The position numbers and the translations under genes are program-made. DNA of 64,000 nt from the IMG/VR virus record IMGVR_UViG_3300040801_001224, positions 124,001 to 188,000 of that record. One strand, given 5' to 3'. Below, in pieces: positions 46,930 to 56,922 of this stretch (the first letter of the stretch is position 1; every line of letters starts with the position of its first letter). The notes beneath the pieces are model-generated. The model worked only from the letters and a program-made list of their open reading frames with translations. It searched no databases and was not told the origin of the DNA.

Positions 46930-48009
46930 ATGGCATCATGTAATAATAGCACTTGCTTTATCACAGCTAGTGAAGCAAGATCAAACGCAAGAAACAACTC
47001 CCTAGTGTTTCAGGAAATATGTGCTATACAGCAGGCTATTTTAGCGGCTATAGACGCACATCAGTTTGATGTTGTTATTGCGGATGGCACGCCAATGACT
47101 TCTGTAAACGAAATTCAAAGCGTAGTAGTTACTAACCCAGGTAGTGGCTACTCAACATTTACCGCAACAGCTTCAGTTGTACACCCAAACGGCACAGGCG
47201 CAATTATTTCACCAATTATATCAGGCACAACAGTTTCTGGGTTCACAGTTATTGATGGTGGTTCAGGATATGAGCCTATACTAGCGTCAGCAGATGCTTC
47301 AGGCATTGGTAACGGTGACGCAGTAATACAGGTTATTGCGGCAAACGATGGAATCGCAGAAGCAAATATTCTAGTTCCGGGCACAAACTACAACGTAGGA
47401 TTCACAATCCCAGTTACTCACCCTACTGGCGTTAACGCAGTTGTTACAATTTCACAAGTTGACTTAAATGGCGCAATTACAGAATTAACAATTGATAACC
47501 CAGGTACAGGATACGATCCGATAGTAGGTTCTATTGATGTGGTTCACCCAACTGGCGTGGGCTTTGATGCTATTCCAGTTGTGCTAGGTGGAGTCGTAAC
47601 TGATGTGTTCATTAATTACGGTGGTGAAGGCTATGGTGACCTAAAGCCTACTGCTACACTAGTTAATCCTACAGGCGCAGGCGCAGAATTTGATGTTACA
47701 CTATCAGCTGATCAGATAGCAAGTGTTGAAGTTGTAAATGGTGGCGCAGGCTACTCAGACCCAACAGATATTGTTATTAACGACATTCCAGGTGGCACAG
47801 GGACAGGTGCTACAGCTCTTACAGTTGTTGATGCTAGTGAATATTCAAGCACAGACTATTATAATGTATGGCAGGGCCTTGTTACTGATCCAGCAATCCA
47901 GGATCAGTTAGACAGCGTTATCTCATATTATCAGAAGCTAGGTTACAATATACGTATTGAAACTAATACCAACACCTCTGATACTATACAATGGCATATT
48001 TTCTGGTAA
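46930..48009 (+). CDS. Virion structural protein with G-x-G-Y beta repeats
   Basis: NPGSGY, DGGSGY, NPGTGY, YGGEGY, NGGAGY. Confidence 0.75.
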   Translation: MASCNNSTCFITASEARSNARNNSLVFQEICAIQQAILAAIDAHQFDVVIADGTPMTSVNEIQSVVVTNPGSGYSTFTATASVVHPNGTGAIISPIISGTTVSGFTVIDGGSGYEPILASADASGIGNGDAVIQVIAANDGIAEANILVPGTNYNVGFTIPVTHPTGVNAVVTISQVDLNGAITELTIDNPGTGYDPIVGSIDVVHPTGVGFDAIPVVLGGVVTDVFINYGGEGYGDLKPTATLVNPTGAGAEFDVTLSADQIASVEVVNGGAGYSDPTDIVINDIPGGTGTGATALTVVDASEYSSTDYYNVWQGLVTDPAIQDQLDSVISYYQKLGYNIRIETNTNTSDTIQWHIFW

Positions 48010-48014
48010 ACTAC

Positions 48015-48043
48015 TTGACATAAACCCCATATAGTGCTATAAT
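48015..48043 (+). promoter_or_regulatory. sigma70 promoter (leaderless start at 48049)
   Basis: TTGACA-17-TATAAT. Confidence 0.85.
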
Positions 48044-48048
48044 GCGCT

Positions 48049-48726
48049 ATGAAGTTAAACGTTAGATACGAATACAAATCCCTAAAACAGATAAATTCTA
48101 AGACTGGGCCTAGAGTCTATGACGTTGGTGAAGATCGCAAACTTCCTAGCGTAACCACAATCTTATCTGCCACAAAGCCCAAGGAAGATCTACAGGCACT
48201 TAAAGACTGGCGTAAGCGTGTTGGTGATGAAGAAGCCAACCGAGTTACCAAGCAGTCTACGAGCATGGGATCTGACATGCACGATAACCTGGAGAAGTAC
48301 ATCCTCACAGAAGGCAAAGCTGATCTCAAAGGCGTTATGCTTGCTAAGATGATGACCAAGCTGGTCATTAAAAATGGATTATCAAAAGTAGATGAGGTAT
48401 GGGGGACAGAAGCACAACTCTATTACCCAGAACTCTACGCCGGTACAACGGACTTAGTTGGAATATGGAACGGTAAACCAGCCATAATGGATTTTAAGAA
48501 TAGTCGCAAGACAAAGAAAGAAGAATGGATTGAAGACTACAAGTATCAGCTAGTTGCTTACGCAATGGCCCACAATGAACTATTTGGTACTGATATCAAA
48601 ACCGGTGTTATTATGATGGCAACCCATGGATTGGAATATCAGGAGTTTGTTTTAGAAGGTAAGGAATTTGATAAGTATAAGCAGTTATGGTTAAATCGTG
48701 TCTATCAATACTATGAAAATGCGTAA
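48049..48726 (+). CDS. PD-(D/E)XK exonuclease (Cas4/RecB-like)
   Basis: LPSVTTIL, YAGTTDLV, IMDFKNS, QLVAYAMA. Confidence 0.9.
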   Translation: MKLNVRYEYKSLKQINSKTGPRVYDVGEDRKLPSVTTILSATKPKEDLQALKDWRKRVGDEEANRVTKQSTSMGSDMHDNLEKYILTEGKADLKGVMLAKMMTKLVIKNGLSKVDEVWGTEAQLYYPELYAGTTDLVGIWNGKPAIMDFKNSRKTKKEEWIEDYKYQLVAYAMAHNELFGTDIKTGVIMMATHGLEYQEFVLEGKEFDKYKQLWLNRVYQYYENA

Positions 48727-48768
48727 ATAATAGATAAATATAACATAATAAGCTCAAAGGAATGAACG

Positions 48769-49761
48769 ATGGCAATATCAGACGTATCTGTAGAAAGAAT
48801 ACAAAATAGACGTGGTTTAAAAATTAACTTACCACAGCCTCTAAGACCTGGTGAATACGGCTTTTGTACTGACACAAGGGAACTATTCATTGGTATAGAC
48901 CCAGAACAAATGAACGCCCCTGCTATACAGATTTATAGCGGCCAGGTTAACGTAGCAGATACTATCATGACAAATCAAATTGTCATTGGTGATACAAACA
49001 CAGTTCCTACAGATACTAACATCAGTGACTTAAATACTGCTCTAGGCATTAACCCGCTTACAGATTCAGCAGAAGGCAACGTTTATTATATCCCTGAAAC
49101 AGGCTTATTATACGTTGGTGGTGACCTAGCACAAATAGGTGATATCTCAGCAACAGTTACGGCTCAACCCTGGGTTGACAGTGTAACGACCGATCTAAAC
49201 AAGACAATTGATGCGAACGGTGGTGTTTTATTCACATACCACTCAGAAGCAAACGCAGTTGCGGCTATCTTAAATGGTGTATCAAACGATCCAGTGGCAA
49301 CTACGAAATTAAACATTGAAATACTAACAGAAGAATCGGACCTAGACGGTTCAGAGATATTAGATCCAGTCGTAACAACCCTACCTAGTGTATTAGGGTT
49401 TACGTCTATTCCAGAGTTAGTATATGAAGCAGAAGAAACAGAAACGTTTGTTATTGATTATAGCATACACGTATATGACACTTTGGACATCCCAAGTCCA
49501 ACACAGTCGTCATATGTTTCTTCAGGTAGTATGACAATCACGACAAACGTTCATACACAAGAATCATTATTGAATGAAGAAAGCACCGTTATAGCTGACG
49601 CAGGTTGGTCAGACGGTGGTGTAGATTTCCAAGCAGTGTTTACACCAGGCGGAAGTCCATTAACAGGCACAGTTGAAATACAGTACTTCCATAGTATTCC
49701 TGTAAGCCCAACAAAAGAAGTAGTATTTAAGACAAACACAAAACGCTGGTCGAGCTTCTAA
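48769..49761 (+). CDS. Tail/baseplate-associated structural protein
   Basis: IQNRRG..LPQPLRPGEYGFCTDTRELFIG fibre-attachment-type N-terminus; late promoter at 48733. Confidence 0.7.
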   Translation: MAISDVSVERIQNRRGLKINLPQPLRPGEYGFCTDTRELFIGIDPEQMNAPAIQIYSGQVNVADTIMTNQIVIGDTNTVPTDTNISDLNTALGINPLTDSAEGNVYYIPETGLLYVGGDLAQIGDISATVTAQPWVDSVTTDLNKTIDANGGVLFTYHSEANAVAAILNGVSNDPVATTKLNIEILTEESDLDGSEILDPVVTTLPSVLGFTSIPELVYEAEETETFVIDYSIHVYDTLDIPSPTQSSYVSSGSMTITTNVHTQESLLNEESTVIADAGWSDGGVDFQAVFTPGGSPLTGTVEIQYFHSIPVSPTKEVVFKTNTKRWSSF

Positions 49762-50199
49762 TTGAAAAACTGGAACAACTTACATCATACCGCTCGTATG
49801 CTAGAGTGGGGCGACTTTAGATCTGATATTAGTGGAGACACACTTTTCGAGCAGATTGAAGCCATTGCTGACTATTTTAAGGATGTACCTATAGCCTCCA
49901 GGCAGTTGGATTACTACACTCCTGGATCATGGCCATCTCCCTGGGAGATATTACACTATGGTCAGATGTGTCCTAGTAGTGTGTCACTATTAATGGCATA
50001 TACATTACTACTTAATGGGCAGGCAGACTTTAAATTATTATTGATTGACGATAACATAGATTATTATTTAGTCCCTTTAATAGAAGGGCAGTATATATTG
50101 AACTATATCCTAGGTGAAGTAGTCAACCTAGATACTATCAGAAATGATATCAAGGTTAAACACACATACAATCCTTCGGATTTAAAAGATATATACTAA
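49762..50199 (+). CDS. Transglutaminase-like (BTLCP-like) fold protein
   Basis: WPSPWEILHYGQMC..SVSLLMAYTL; TTG start. Confidence 0.5.
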   Translation: MKNWNNLHHTARMLEWGDFRSDISGDTLFEQIEAIADYFKDVPIASRQLDYYTPGSWPSPWEILHYGQMCPSSVSLLMAYTLLLNGQADFKLLLIDDNIDYYLVPLIEGQYILNYILGEVVNLDTIRNDIKVKHTYNPSDLKDIY

Positions 50200-50228
50200 C
50201 ACATACATAGAAAATTGGAGAATAATAA

Positions 50229-51221
50229 ATGGCAGTTCAAATGAAAACCTATAAGGAAGCCTACGTCTATGACTATGACGTACCGGTGGAAATGGCCAAA
50301 CAACAGAATGAAGTTTTTTGGTTAGCAGATGAAATTAAAGTAGAAAAAGACGTACAGGACATCATGGTAAACATGACAGAGTCTGAGCGTCACGGTGTTA
50401 TCACAGTGTTAAAACTGTTTACACTATACGAGTTAGTTATTGGCAAGGAATACTGGGGCAACCGTGTGATGAAGACATTCCCTCGCCCAGACATACAGAT
50501 GATGGCAAGTGCGTTCTCATACTTTGAGTTAAACGTTCACGCACCATTCTATAACAAACTAAACGAAGCCCTTCACCTTAACACTGAAGAGTTTTATACA
50601 TCTTACGTTGACGATCCAGTTCTTAAAGAGCGTATGCGTTTCGTAGAGAAGTCTGTTATCAGCAAGAAAGATCTTGTTTCTGTTGGTGCATTTTCACTTA
50701 TCGAAGGTGCTGTACTGTATTCTGCATTTGCTTTCTTAAAGCACTTCCAGTCAGTGGGCAAAAACAAGTTATTAAACGTGGTACGTGGTATTAACTTCTC
50801 AGTGCGTGACGAAAACCTACACTGCCTAGGTGGAGCATGGATTTACAATCAGCTAAAGAAAGAAATGATTGAAGCAGGTGAAGAAGATGAGCAATACTTC
50901 AAAGACGTTGAAGAAGAAATCCGTGCAGTAGCATCTAAGATTTACGAACACGAAGCACGTATCGTTGACATGATCTTTGAAGAAGGTCCAATGGATGGTA
51001 TTACAGATATCCAGATGAAGCGTTTCATTGAATCACGCATTAACATCTGTCTGAAGAACTTAGAAATCAAGCCAATCTTTGAATCAACATACAATCCTAT
51101 TGCGGATTGGTTCTACGACGGAATCAACGCATATCAGATGAACGACTTCTTCACAGGAGTTGGTAACAGTTATAACAGAAACTGGTCAGAAGACAGTTTC
51201 TCATGGGGGCAAGTAGAATGA
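50229..51221 (+). CDS. nrdB: Ribonucleotide reductase class I beta subunit
   Basis: FWLADEI, ELNVHAPFY, EGAVLYSAF, RDENLH. Confidence 0.95.
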   Translation: MAVQMKTYKEAYVYDYDVPVEMAKQQNEVFWLADEIKVEKDVQDIMVNMTESERHGVITVLKLFTLYELVIGKEYWGNRVMKTFPRPDIQMMASAFSYFELNVHAPFYNKLNEALHLNTEEFYTSYVDDPVLKERMRFVEKSVISKKDLVSVGAFSLIEGAVLYSAFAFLKHFQSVGKNKLLNVVRGINFSVRDENLHCLGGAWIYNQLKKEMIEAGEEDEQYFKDVEEEIRAVASKIYEHEARIVDMIFEEGPMDGITDIQMKRFIESRINICLKNLEIKPIFESTYNPIADWFYDGINAYQMNDFFTGVGNSYNRNWSEDSFSWGQVE

Positions 51222-52951
51222 ACAAACCAAAGTCAGATATTAGTTTAGATCCAATGATGGATAAAAACTTATTACAGCAGTTTTCAGAAGAACGCAAAGC
51301 AGGCCAGGAAAGCGGTGACATTCCAGAGTGGATGACTACTGGCGGCTATCAGATGTTTAAGACAAAATACTCTTACAATGGTAGCACAGTTAAAGAATCA
51401 TTTGAACGTATTGCCCGAGCGGCCGCAGAACACACACCAAAACGCCAGGTATGGGAAGAACGCTTTTTTGACATCATGTGGAAAGGCTGGTTAGCGTGTA
51501 GCTCACCAGTACTAGCAAACATGGGTACAGAGCGTGGGTGTCCAGTATCTTGTTCAGGCGGTTATGTTGGTGACTCTATTTACAATTTTTATGATTCGCA
51601 ATTAGAAACAGCTATGTTAACTAAGAACGGCTTCGGCACATCATCTTACCTAGGTGATTTGCGTGAACGTGGCGCAGAAATTGCTACAGGCGGTCATGCT
51701 TCTGGTGTTGTCCCAGTATTTAATGACTTTGTTCAAGTATCACGTGACGTAAGCCAGGGAAACACACGACGTGGCGCCTGGGCAGGATACCTAGACATTG
51801 ACCATGATGATTTTTATGAGCTAGTAGACGATTTAATGGCAGAGCCAGATGATAAGAACATTGGTTGGATTGTTACAGACGCATTCATTGAGCGAATGGA
51901 TGCTGGTGATCAAGATGCTATAGAACGCTACCAACGTGCTATGAAGGCAAAATGTGTTACGGGTAAAGGCTACTTTTTCTTCAAGGACAAAGTGAACCGC
52001 ATGAACCCAGAATGCTATAAGCAAAACGAACTAGACGTCAAAGCATCAAACCTATGTACTGAAATTACTCTATTCTCAGACCACCAGCATACATTCACTT
52101 GCGTATTAAGCTCAATGAACCTGGCTAAGTGGGATGAATGGAAAGATACTGACGCAGTATTTTGGGCAACGGTATTCTTAGATTGTATCGCAGAAGAATT
52201 CATTCACATGGGACGTAAGATTCGTGGTCTAGACAAAGCAGTACGTATGACTGAGAAAGGTCGCGCATTAGGCTTAGGTACATTAGGTTTCCATACATTG
52301 CTACAAAAGAAAATGTTACCATTTGACAGCTTCGACACATTCCAATTAAATGCGGAAATCTTCCGTCACATGGACAGAGAATCAATGAGAGCAACTAAAT
52401 GGATGGCTGAAGCATACGGTGAGCCAGAATGGTGTAAAGGATTCGGTATCCATAACACACATCGTCTAGCAGTTGCGCCAAATACTAGTTCAGCATTAAT
52501 GTGCGGTGGCGTATCACAAGGCATTGAGCCAATTGTACAAAACGTCTATAATCAGCCAACAGCGGCAGGTGAAATAGAACGCATTAATCCACAGCTATTA
52601 GAGATAATGAAAAAGCGTGGTAAGCACACTAAGGCTGTCAAGAAAGACATTATTGATAACAACGGTTCAGTACAGCACGTTGATTGGTTAAGTGATGAAG
52701 AAAAACTTGTTTTCAGAACAGCATTTGAGATTGATCAGGGTGCTATTATTCGTTTAGCAAGCCAACGTCAGAAGTGGATTGACCAAGCACAGTCAATTAA
52801 CTTGTTCTTTGATGCTAACGAAGATGAAGCGTACATTTCAAAGATTCACGAACAAGCGTTCAAGGATCCAAACATTAAATCACTATACTATATGCGTAGT
52901 ATGGCAGGCATTCAAGCGGCTAAAGATGAATGTCAAGCATGTGAAGGCTGA
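51218..52951 (+). CDS. nrdA: Ribonucleotide reductase class I alpha subunit (short, no ATP cone)
   Basis: SNLCTEI, APNTSS, QSINLF, KSLYYMRS, C-terminal CQACEG. Confidence 0.95.
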   Translation: MNKPKSDISLDPMMDKNLLQQFSEERKAGQESGDIPEWMTTGGYQMFKTKYSYNGSTVKESFERIARAAAEHTPKRQVWEERFFDIMWKGWLACSSPVLANMGTERGCPVSCSGGYVGDSIYNFYDSQLETAMLTKNGFGTSSYLGDLRERGAEIATGGHASGVVPVFNDFVQVSRDVSQGNTRRGAWAGYLDIDHDDFYELVDDLMAEPDDKNIGWIVTDAFIERMDAGDQDAIERYQRAMKAKCVTGKGYFFFKDKVNRMNPECYKQNELDVKASNLCTEITLFSDHQHTFTCVLSSMNLAKWDEWKDTDAVFWATVFLDCIAEEFIHMGRKIRGLDKAVRMTEKGRALGLGTLGFHTLLQKKMLPFDSFDTFQLNAEIFRHMDRESMRATKWMAEAYGEPEWCKGFGIHNTHRLAVAPNTSSALMCGGVSQGIEPIVQNVYNQPTAAGEIERINPQLLEIMKKRGKHTKAVKKDIIDNNGSVQHVDWLSDEEKLVFRTAFEIDQGAIIRLASQRQKWIDQAQSINLFFDANEDEAYISKIHEQAFKDPNIKSLYYMRSMAGIQAAKDECQACEG

Positions 52952-52973
52952 TTAACTTAAGAGGAAAACACAG

Positions 52974-53315
52974 ATGTTACAGACAGACAAATTATCAAAA
53001 GACACGGTGTATACTTTTAAACTAGCAACTGGCGAAGAAATGGTAGCAAAATTTCTTCGCAGTGAAGATGGTAACTACTATGTTAGCCATCCCTTAGTTT
53101 TGGGTATGCAACAGGTACAAAATCCTGAAACTGGACAGGTTGGACAGCAGATTGGCTTCATGCCGTTTGCTGTTACACTCAACCCAGACATTATTAAGGA
53201 GATTCCGATAAATATTAGCAATATTGTAACGTACTTTGAACCACCTAAAGATATCAGTGATGGGTACTTACAGCAAACATCGGGTATACAGTTAGCAACC
53301 GCCGGAAGTGTGTAA
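52974..53315 (+). CDS. Small Sm-like-fold phage protein
   Basis: FKLATGEEMVAK..HPLVL..YLQQTSGIQL. Confidence 0.65.
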   Translation: MLQTDKLSKDTVYTFKLATGEEMVAKFLRSEDGNYYVSHPLVLGMQQVQNPETGQVGQQIGFMPFAVTLNPDIIKEIPINISNIVTYFEPPKDISDGYLQQTSGIQLATAGSV

Positions 53316-53355
53316 TACACTTCCAGGCTTATTTTTATAGGGATATAATAACAAA

Positions 53356-53547
53356 ATGTCAGCACATAAGACACCTTACGAAATTAGATTAAATCTATTA
53401 GAACTAGCTCAGAAGATTGAGAGCGAGAGAATGGCCGCTGAAAGCGTAAAATCAGGCAGTGACAAGATTGATCAAGCACCATCAGTATCAGACGTTGTTG
53501 ACGCGGCAGAAGAATTAAACAAGTTTGTTTCAAAACCAAACTCATAA
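53356..53547 (+). CDS. Small conserved phage protein
   Basis: KTPYEIRLNLLELA...AEELNKFVS. Confidence 0.75.
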   Translation: MSAHKTPYEIRLNLLELAQKIESERMAAESVKSGSDKIDQAPSVSDVVDAAEELNKFVSKPNS

Positions 53548-53550
53548 CAC

Positions 53551-53579
53551 TTGACAAACGCAAGCATATGTAGTATAAT
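53551..53579 (+). promoter_or_regulatory. sigma70 promoter (leaderless start at 53586)
   Basis: TTGACA-17-TATAAT. Confidence 0.85.
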
Positions 53580-53585
53580 ACGCAT

Positions 53586-54287
53586 ATGTTTGATAATCTT
53601 AAAAAATGGTGGAATTACGAGCCACCCGATTACGCCACTTCAGAAGAATGGAATGCTCACGACCGGTCTTTTAGAGAAAATGCTCCCATTAGATATTTCT
53701 TAAATGAGACCCTAAGTAAGTATTACATGCGCTATTGTTACCATCCTATTGTTAGCCCAGTGAAAGACAGGGTACACAAAATAATGTGTCGCATATTACC
53801 CTGGCGACAACATAATGTTATTAGAATAAAAACCCATGGAGCCACATGGCATGACAAGGATTATGTTATGCTCCATGGCATGTTTGCTCTCCTTGTTGAT
53901 TTTGTGGAAGTTGAAAAAGCTTGGATGGAGTGTCTCTCAGATGAGGGTAAACTGCGAAAAATGCCCTGGTACAAGCGGCCGTTCTTTCGTTCACGTGAAC
54001 TTGGCCTAAAATATCTTGATGATGAAGCAATGCTTGATCAAGATCCACAGAGCCAATTGTATGGTAATCCGGCATGGGATGCCGATGGTAATCCCAGTCA
54101 AGCAGAAAGCGCACGACAGCAGAGACGATTGTATCTATGGTGGAAGGATGATTACCTAAAGCGTGTTGATCCGTATGAGATGGAGCTCACAACGGCAGAA
54201 CTATTAAAACTGGAAACCGAGCGATTTAATGAAGAGCAAGAAGCTCTCCAAATGCTAGTTAAGATACGAGCTCACCTTTGGACTTGA
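53586..54287 (+). CDS. Conserved hypothetical protein
   Basis: WHDKD..LH..F.LLVDFVEVE; LYLWWK; KIRAHLWT. Confidence 0.8.
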   Translation: MFDNLKKWWNYEPPDYATSEEWNAHDRSFRENAPIRYFLNETLSKYYMRYCYHPIVSPVKDRVHKIMCRILPWRQHNVIRIKTHGATWHDKDYVMLHGMFALLVDFVEVEKAWMECLSDEGKLRKMPWYKRPFFRSRELGLKYLDDEAMLDQDPQSQLYGNPAWDADGNPSQAESARQQRRLYLWWKDDYLKRVDPYEMELTTAELLKLETERFNEEQEALQMLVKIRAHLWT

Positions 54288-54312
54288 CAAACCCACCATT
54301 CTATAGTATAAT
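54284..54312 (+). promoter_or_regulatory. sigma70 promoter (leaderless start at 54319)
   Basis: TTGACA-17-TATAAT. Confidence 0.85.
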
Positions 54313-54318
54313 AACATT

Positions 54319-55095
54319 ATGAAATTACGCATACTATCAGATCTACACATGGAGTTCGGACCGTTCGAGGTGCCGGTATTGCCTGATGATCCAGAAACCA
54401 CATTGGTCTTAGCTGGAGATATAAATGTGGGTACAATGGCATACAAGTTTGTAGAAGAGATGTGTGAACGTTTCTATGAAGTTATCTATTGCCCTGGCAA
54501 TCACGAGTACTATAACCAAGACATGGACCACATTAGAGAATGGTGGGCAGATCACACTATTGGCAATCTAACGTTTCTTGATGACACCGCAACAGTACTC
54601 GCTGATAACGACGACGATGTTCTAATTGTAGGTGGCACATTGTGGACAGACTTCATGATAGATGGCAAAGATAGTGAATGGTTTTCTAAATTTAGGGCAA
54701 AACAGGGTATGAATGATTACCATGCTATAGTTCAAAACGGTGTTCTAATTACGCCCGATGATACGGTCGAGTACCATAACAAAACTAAAGAATTTATTAT
54801 TGAACAATTGAATGCTGTGAATACTGAAAAGAAGATCGTAATAACACACCACTTGCCACACCCAATTTGTATAGATCCCAAGTTTAAGAATAGCCCTCTT
54901 AATGCGGCGTTTGCGAGTGATCTAACAGAAATATTTGAAATGGACAATGCTCCTGATTTATGGATACATGGCCATACGCACACACCAGTGGATGTCATGG
55001 TGAATAATACCCGTATACTATGTAACCCAGGTGGCTACCCTACTCGCGAACGAGCGAACAATAATCATAACCCAATTTTAACGGTGGAAATATAA
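54319..55095 (+). CDS. Calcineurin-like metallophosphoesterase
   Basis: SDLH, AGDI, GNHEYY, THH, HGHTH. Confidence 0.93.
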   Translation: MKLRILSDLHMEFGPFEVPVLPDDPETTLVLAGDINVGTMAYKFVEEMCERFYEVIYCPGNHEYYNQDMDHIREWWADHTIGNLTFLDDTATVLADNDDDVLIVGGTLWTDFMIDGKDSEWFSKFRAKQGMNDYHAIVQNGVLITPDDTVEYHNKTKEFIIEQLNAVNTEKKIVITHHLPHPICIDPKFKNSPLNAAFASDLTEIFEMDNAPDLWIHGHTHTPVDVMVNNTRILCNPGGYPTRERANNNHNPILTVEI

Positions 55096-55349
55096 TGCAC
55101 TTACACGAAGTACAAATACTAATAGGCGAAAACTTTAAATGGGATGATTATCTTGAAATGCGTAAATGGTGCGTAGAGAACGTTGATTCAGAAAACTTTT
55201 ACGTTCACCCACCAAAAGAAATTATGGAGAAACCGGCACGTTTCCAGTTTGCCAAGGAATCTGACGAGTTCGCATTTAAGATGACATTTGGAGTACATGA
55301 CATAGATGATACGTTTGAAAGTCGCACGATCGACATTAACATTCAGTAA
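55095..55349 (+). CDS. Small hypothetical protein (F-x-x-E-x-[DS]-x-x-x-F-[KC]-[LM] family)
   Basis: EMRKWC...FQFAKESDEFAFKMTF. Confidence 0.7.
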   Translation: MHLHEVQILIGENFKWDDYLEMRKWCVENVDSENFYVHPPKEIMEKPARFQFAKESDEFAFKMTFGVHDIDDTFESRTIDINIQ

Positions 55350-55536
55350 AAGACAGGAAATGAAAAATTGGTGCGCTGAGAACGGCGGCCACTATCGTGC
55401 TGGAAAAATTGAGGATGATTTCAAGGGATTGAAGTCAGGATTTATTTTTAGTTTTTTTGATGAAGAAAGTGCTATGGCATTTTGTTTAACATTTAATATA
55501 GATCCGAAACAAATAACACAAGGAATTAAACGGTGA
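55306..55536 (+). CDS. Small hypothetical protein, paralogue of the previous gene
   Basis: EMKNWC...FSFFDEESAMAFCLTF. Confidence 0.65.
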   Translation: MIRLKVARSTLTFSKRQEMKNWCAENGGHYRAGKIEDDFKGLKSGFIFSFFDEESAMAFCLTFNIDPKQITQGIKR

Positions 55537-56279
55537 AAGATTATATTATTAATTGGATTAAGGATTACGCAGAAAAAGGAAACTTCAAGCTAGTGATAGG
55601 TGTTTCTGGTGGCGTCGATTCAGGCACAGTATCAACATTATGTGCTAACACTGGTATTGAAACACACATTGTGACAATGCCTATATATCAGAATGAAGAA
55701 CAGCTTAAATTAGCAAGAGAGCATATGACTGATTTACAGTCAAAATTTCCAACTACAGTACATACACATGAGTATGATTTAACCCATGCGTTTGATTCAT
55801 TACGTGGATCTCTGCCAGGCCTGGACGATGAATTAGGCTGGGCAAACACACGAAGTCGTTTACGTATGATAACACTGTATCAAATAGCACATCGTTTTGG
55901 TGGCATTGTTGTGGGCACCGGAAATAAGGTAGAAGATTTTGGTGTTGGCTTCTATACTAAGTATGGCGACGGTGGTGTTGATATTGCCCCTATCGCAGAC
56001 TTAAGTAAAACTGAGGTGCGTGAACTAGCTAAAGAATTAGGCGTGATCCAGGGTATTGTTGATGCTAAGCCAACCGACGGACTCTGGGATGATGACCGAA
56101 CTGATGAAGATCAGATTGGCGCATCTTACGAAGAATTAGAATGGGCAATGGATTTTAAAGAAGACCCAAAAGTCTTGACAGGTAGAGAGAAAGAAGTGTA
56201 TAATATATACATGGACTTCCACAGACAGAATAAACATAAAATGGAGCCAATTCCAATTTGTAAACCACCGAGGGGTTAA
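55533..56279 (+). CDS. nadE: NH3-dependent NAD+ synthetase
   Basis: GVSGGVDS, NTRSRLRM, GTGNKVE, YTKYGDG, PTDGLW..DEDQIG. Confidence 0.95.
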   Translation: MKDYIINWIKDYAEKGNFKLVIGVSGGVDSGTVSTLCANTGIETHIVTMPIYQNEEQLKLAREHMTDLQSKFPTTVHTHEYDLTHAFDSLRGSLPGLDDELGWANTRSRLRMITLYQIAHRFGGIVVGTGNKVEDFGVGFYTKYGDGGVDIAPIADLSKTEVRELAKELGVIQGIVDAKPTDGLWDDDRTDEDQIGASYEELEWAMDFKEDPKVLTGREKEVYNIYMDFHRQNKHKMEPIPICKPPRG

Positions 56280-56280
56280 A

Positions 56281-56496
56281 ATGAGAGAGTACGTAAGAAC
56301 TAGTGATTCTAGTAACATTGAGAGCGTAGCATACGATAAAGACGATAGCATGTTACTTGTCAGATTCCAAACAGGATCTGAATACGCATATTATAATGTG
56401 CCAGAAGACAAGTATCAAAACTTATTGGAAGCCGAAAGCAAGGGCAAATTCTTTGTTAAAGAAATTAAGCCAGAATACGAGTATAAAAAAATATGA
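56281..56496 (+). CDS. KTSC-domain protein
   Basis: SSNIESVAYD..L.V.F..GSEY.YYNVP...LL.AESKGKFF. Confidence 0.9.
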   Translation: MREYVRTSDSSNIESVAYDKDDSMLLVRFQTGSEYAYYNVPEDKYQNLLEAESKGKFFVKEIKPEYEYKKI

Positions 56497-56849
56497 CCAT
56501 GGTTTATGACAATAGGGTTTATGAGAAACTACAGACCGTCGATAGGGTAGTACATCTCTTACTCGAAGACCCGGTTGTCCAGGATCGATTTAAGGAACTG
56601 GCAACATTTGATAAATTAGGTGGTGATACTGATGATGCTGAGATGCTAACGAGTCAGATGTATCAAGCATTGAATCATATATCAAACTATATAGATGGCA
56701 CTCGTTATGATTTGAGTAACTTTCTCATGTATATGAAAGAATTCATGCAATTGCATCAAGATCAAGTAAATGGTTTTACTACGGGTTCTGAATACGCACA
56801 ACGGCTGACGGTCATTAAAATGAATATAGATAATTTACACTTCATGTGA
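56493..56849 (+). CDS. Hypothetical protein
   Basis: Coupled ORF. Confidence 0.65.
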   Translation: MTMVYDNRVYEKLQTVDRVVHLLLEDPVVQDRFKELATFDKLGGDTDDAEMLTSQMYQALNHISNYIDGTRYDLSNFLMYMKEFMQLHQDQVNGFTTGSEYAQRLTVIKMNIDNLHFM

Positions 56850-56922
56850 CAAGGAATGGTAAATAAGACTGTGCGTAGCAAAAGGTTACGTAACAGTCAA
56901 ATAATATTTCAGGAGGAAATAC

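Noticed and set aside
19473-52951. Self-splicing introns or inteins in terL, uvsX, uvsW, helicase, nrdA or nrdB
   Set aside because: All are uninterrupted and of normal or short length with contiguous motifs.
56867-56898. preQ1 or THF-II (folE) riboswitch upstream of folE
   Set aside because: Only a simple hairpin is visible, without the conserved loop or tail nucleotides I would expect.
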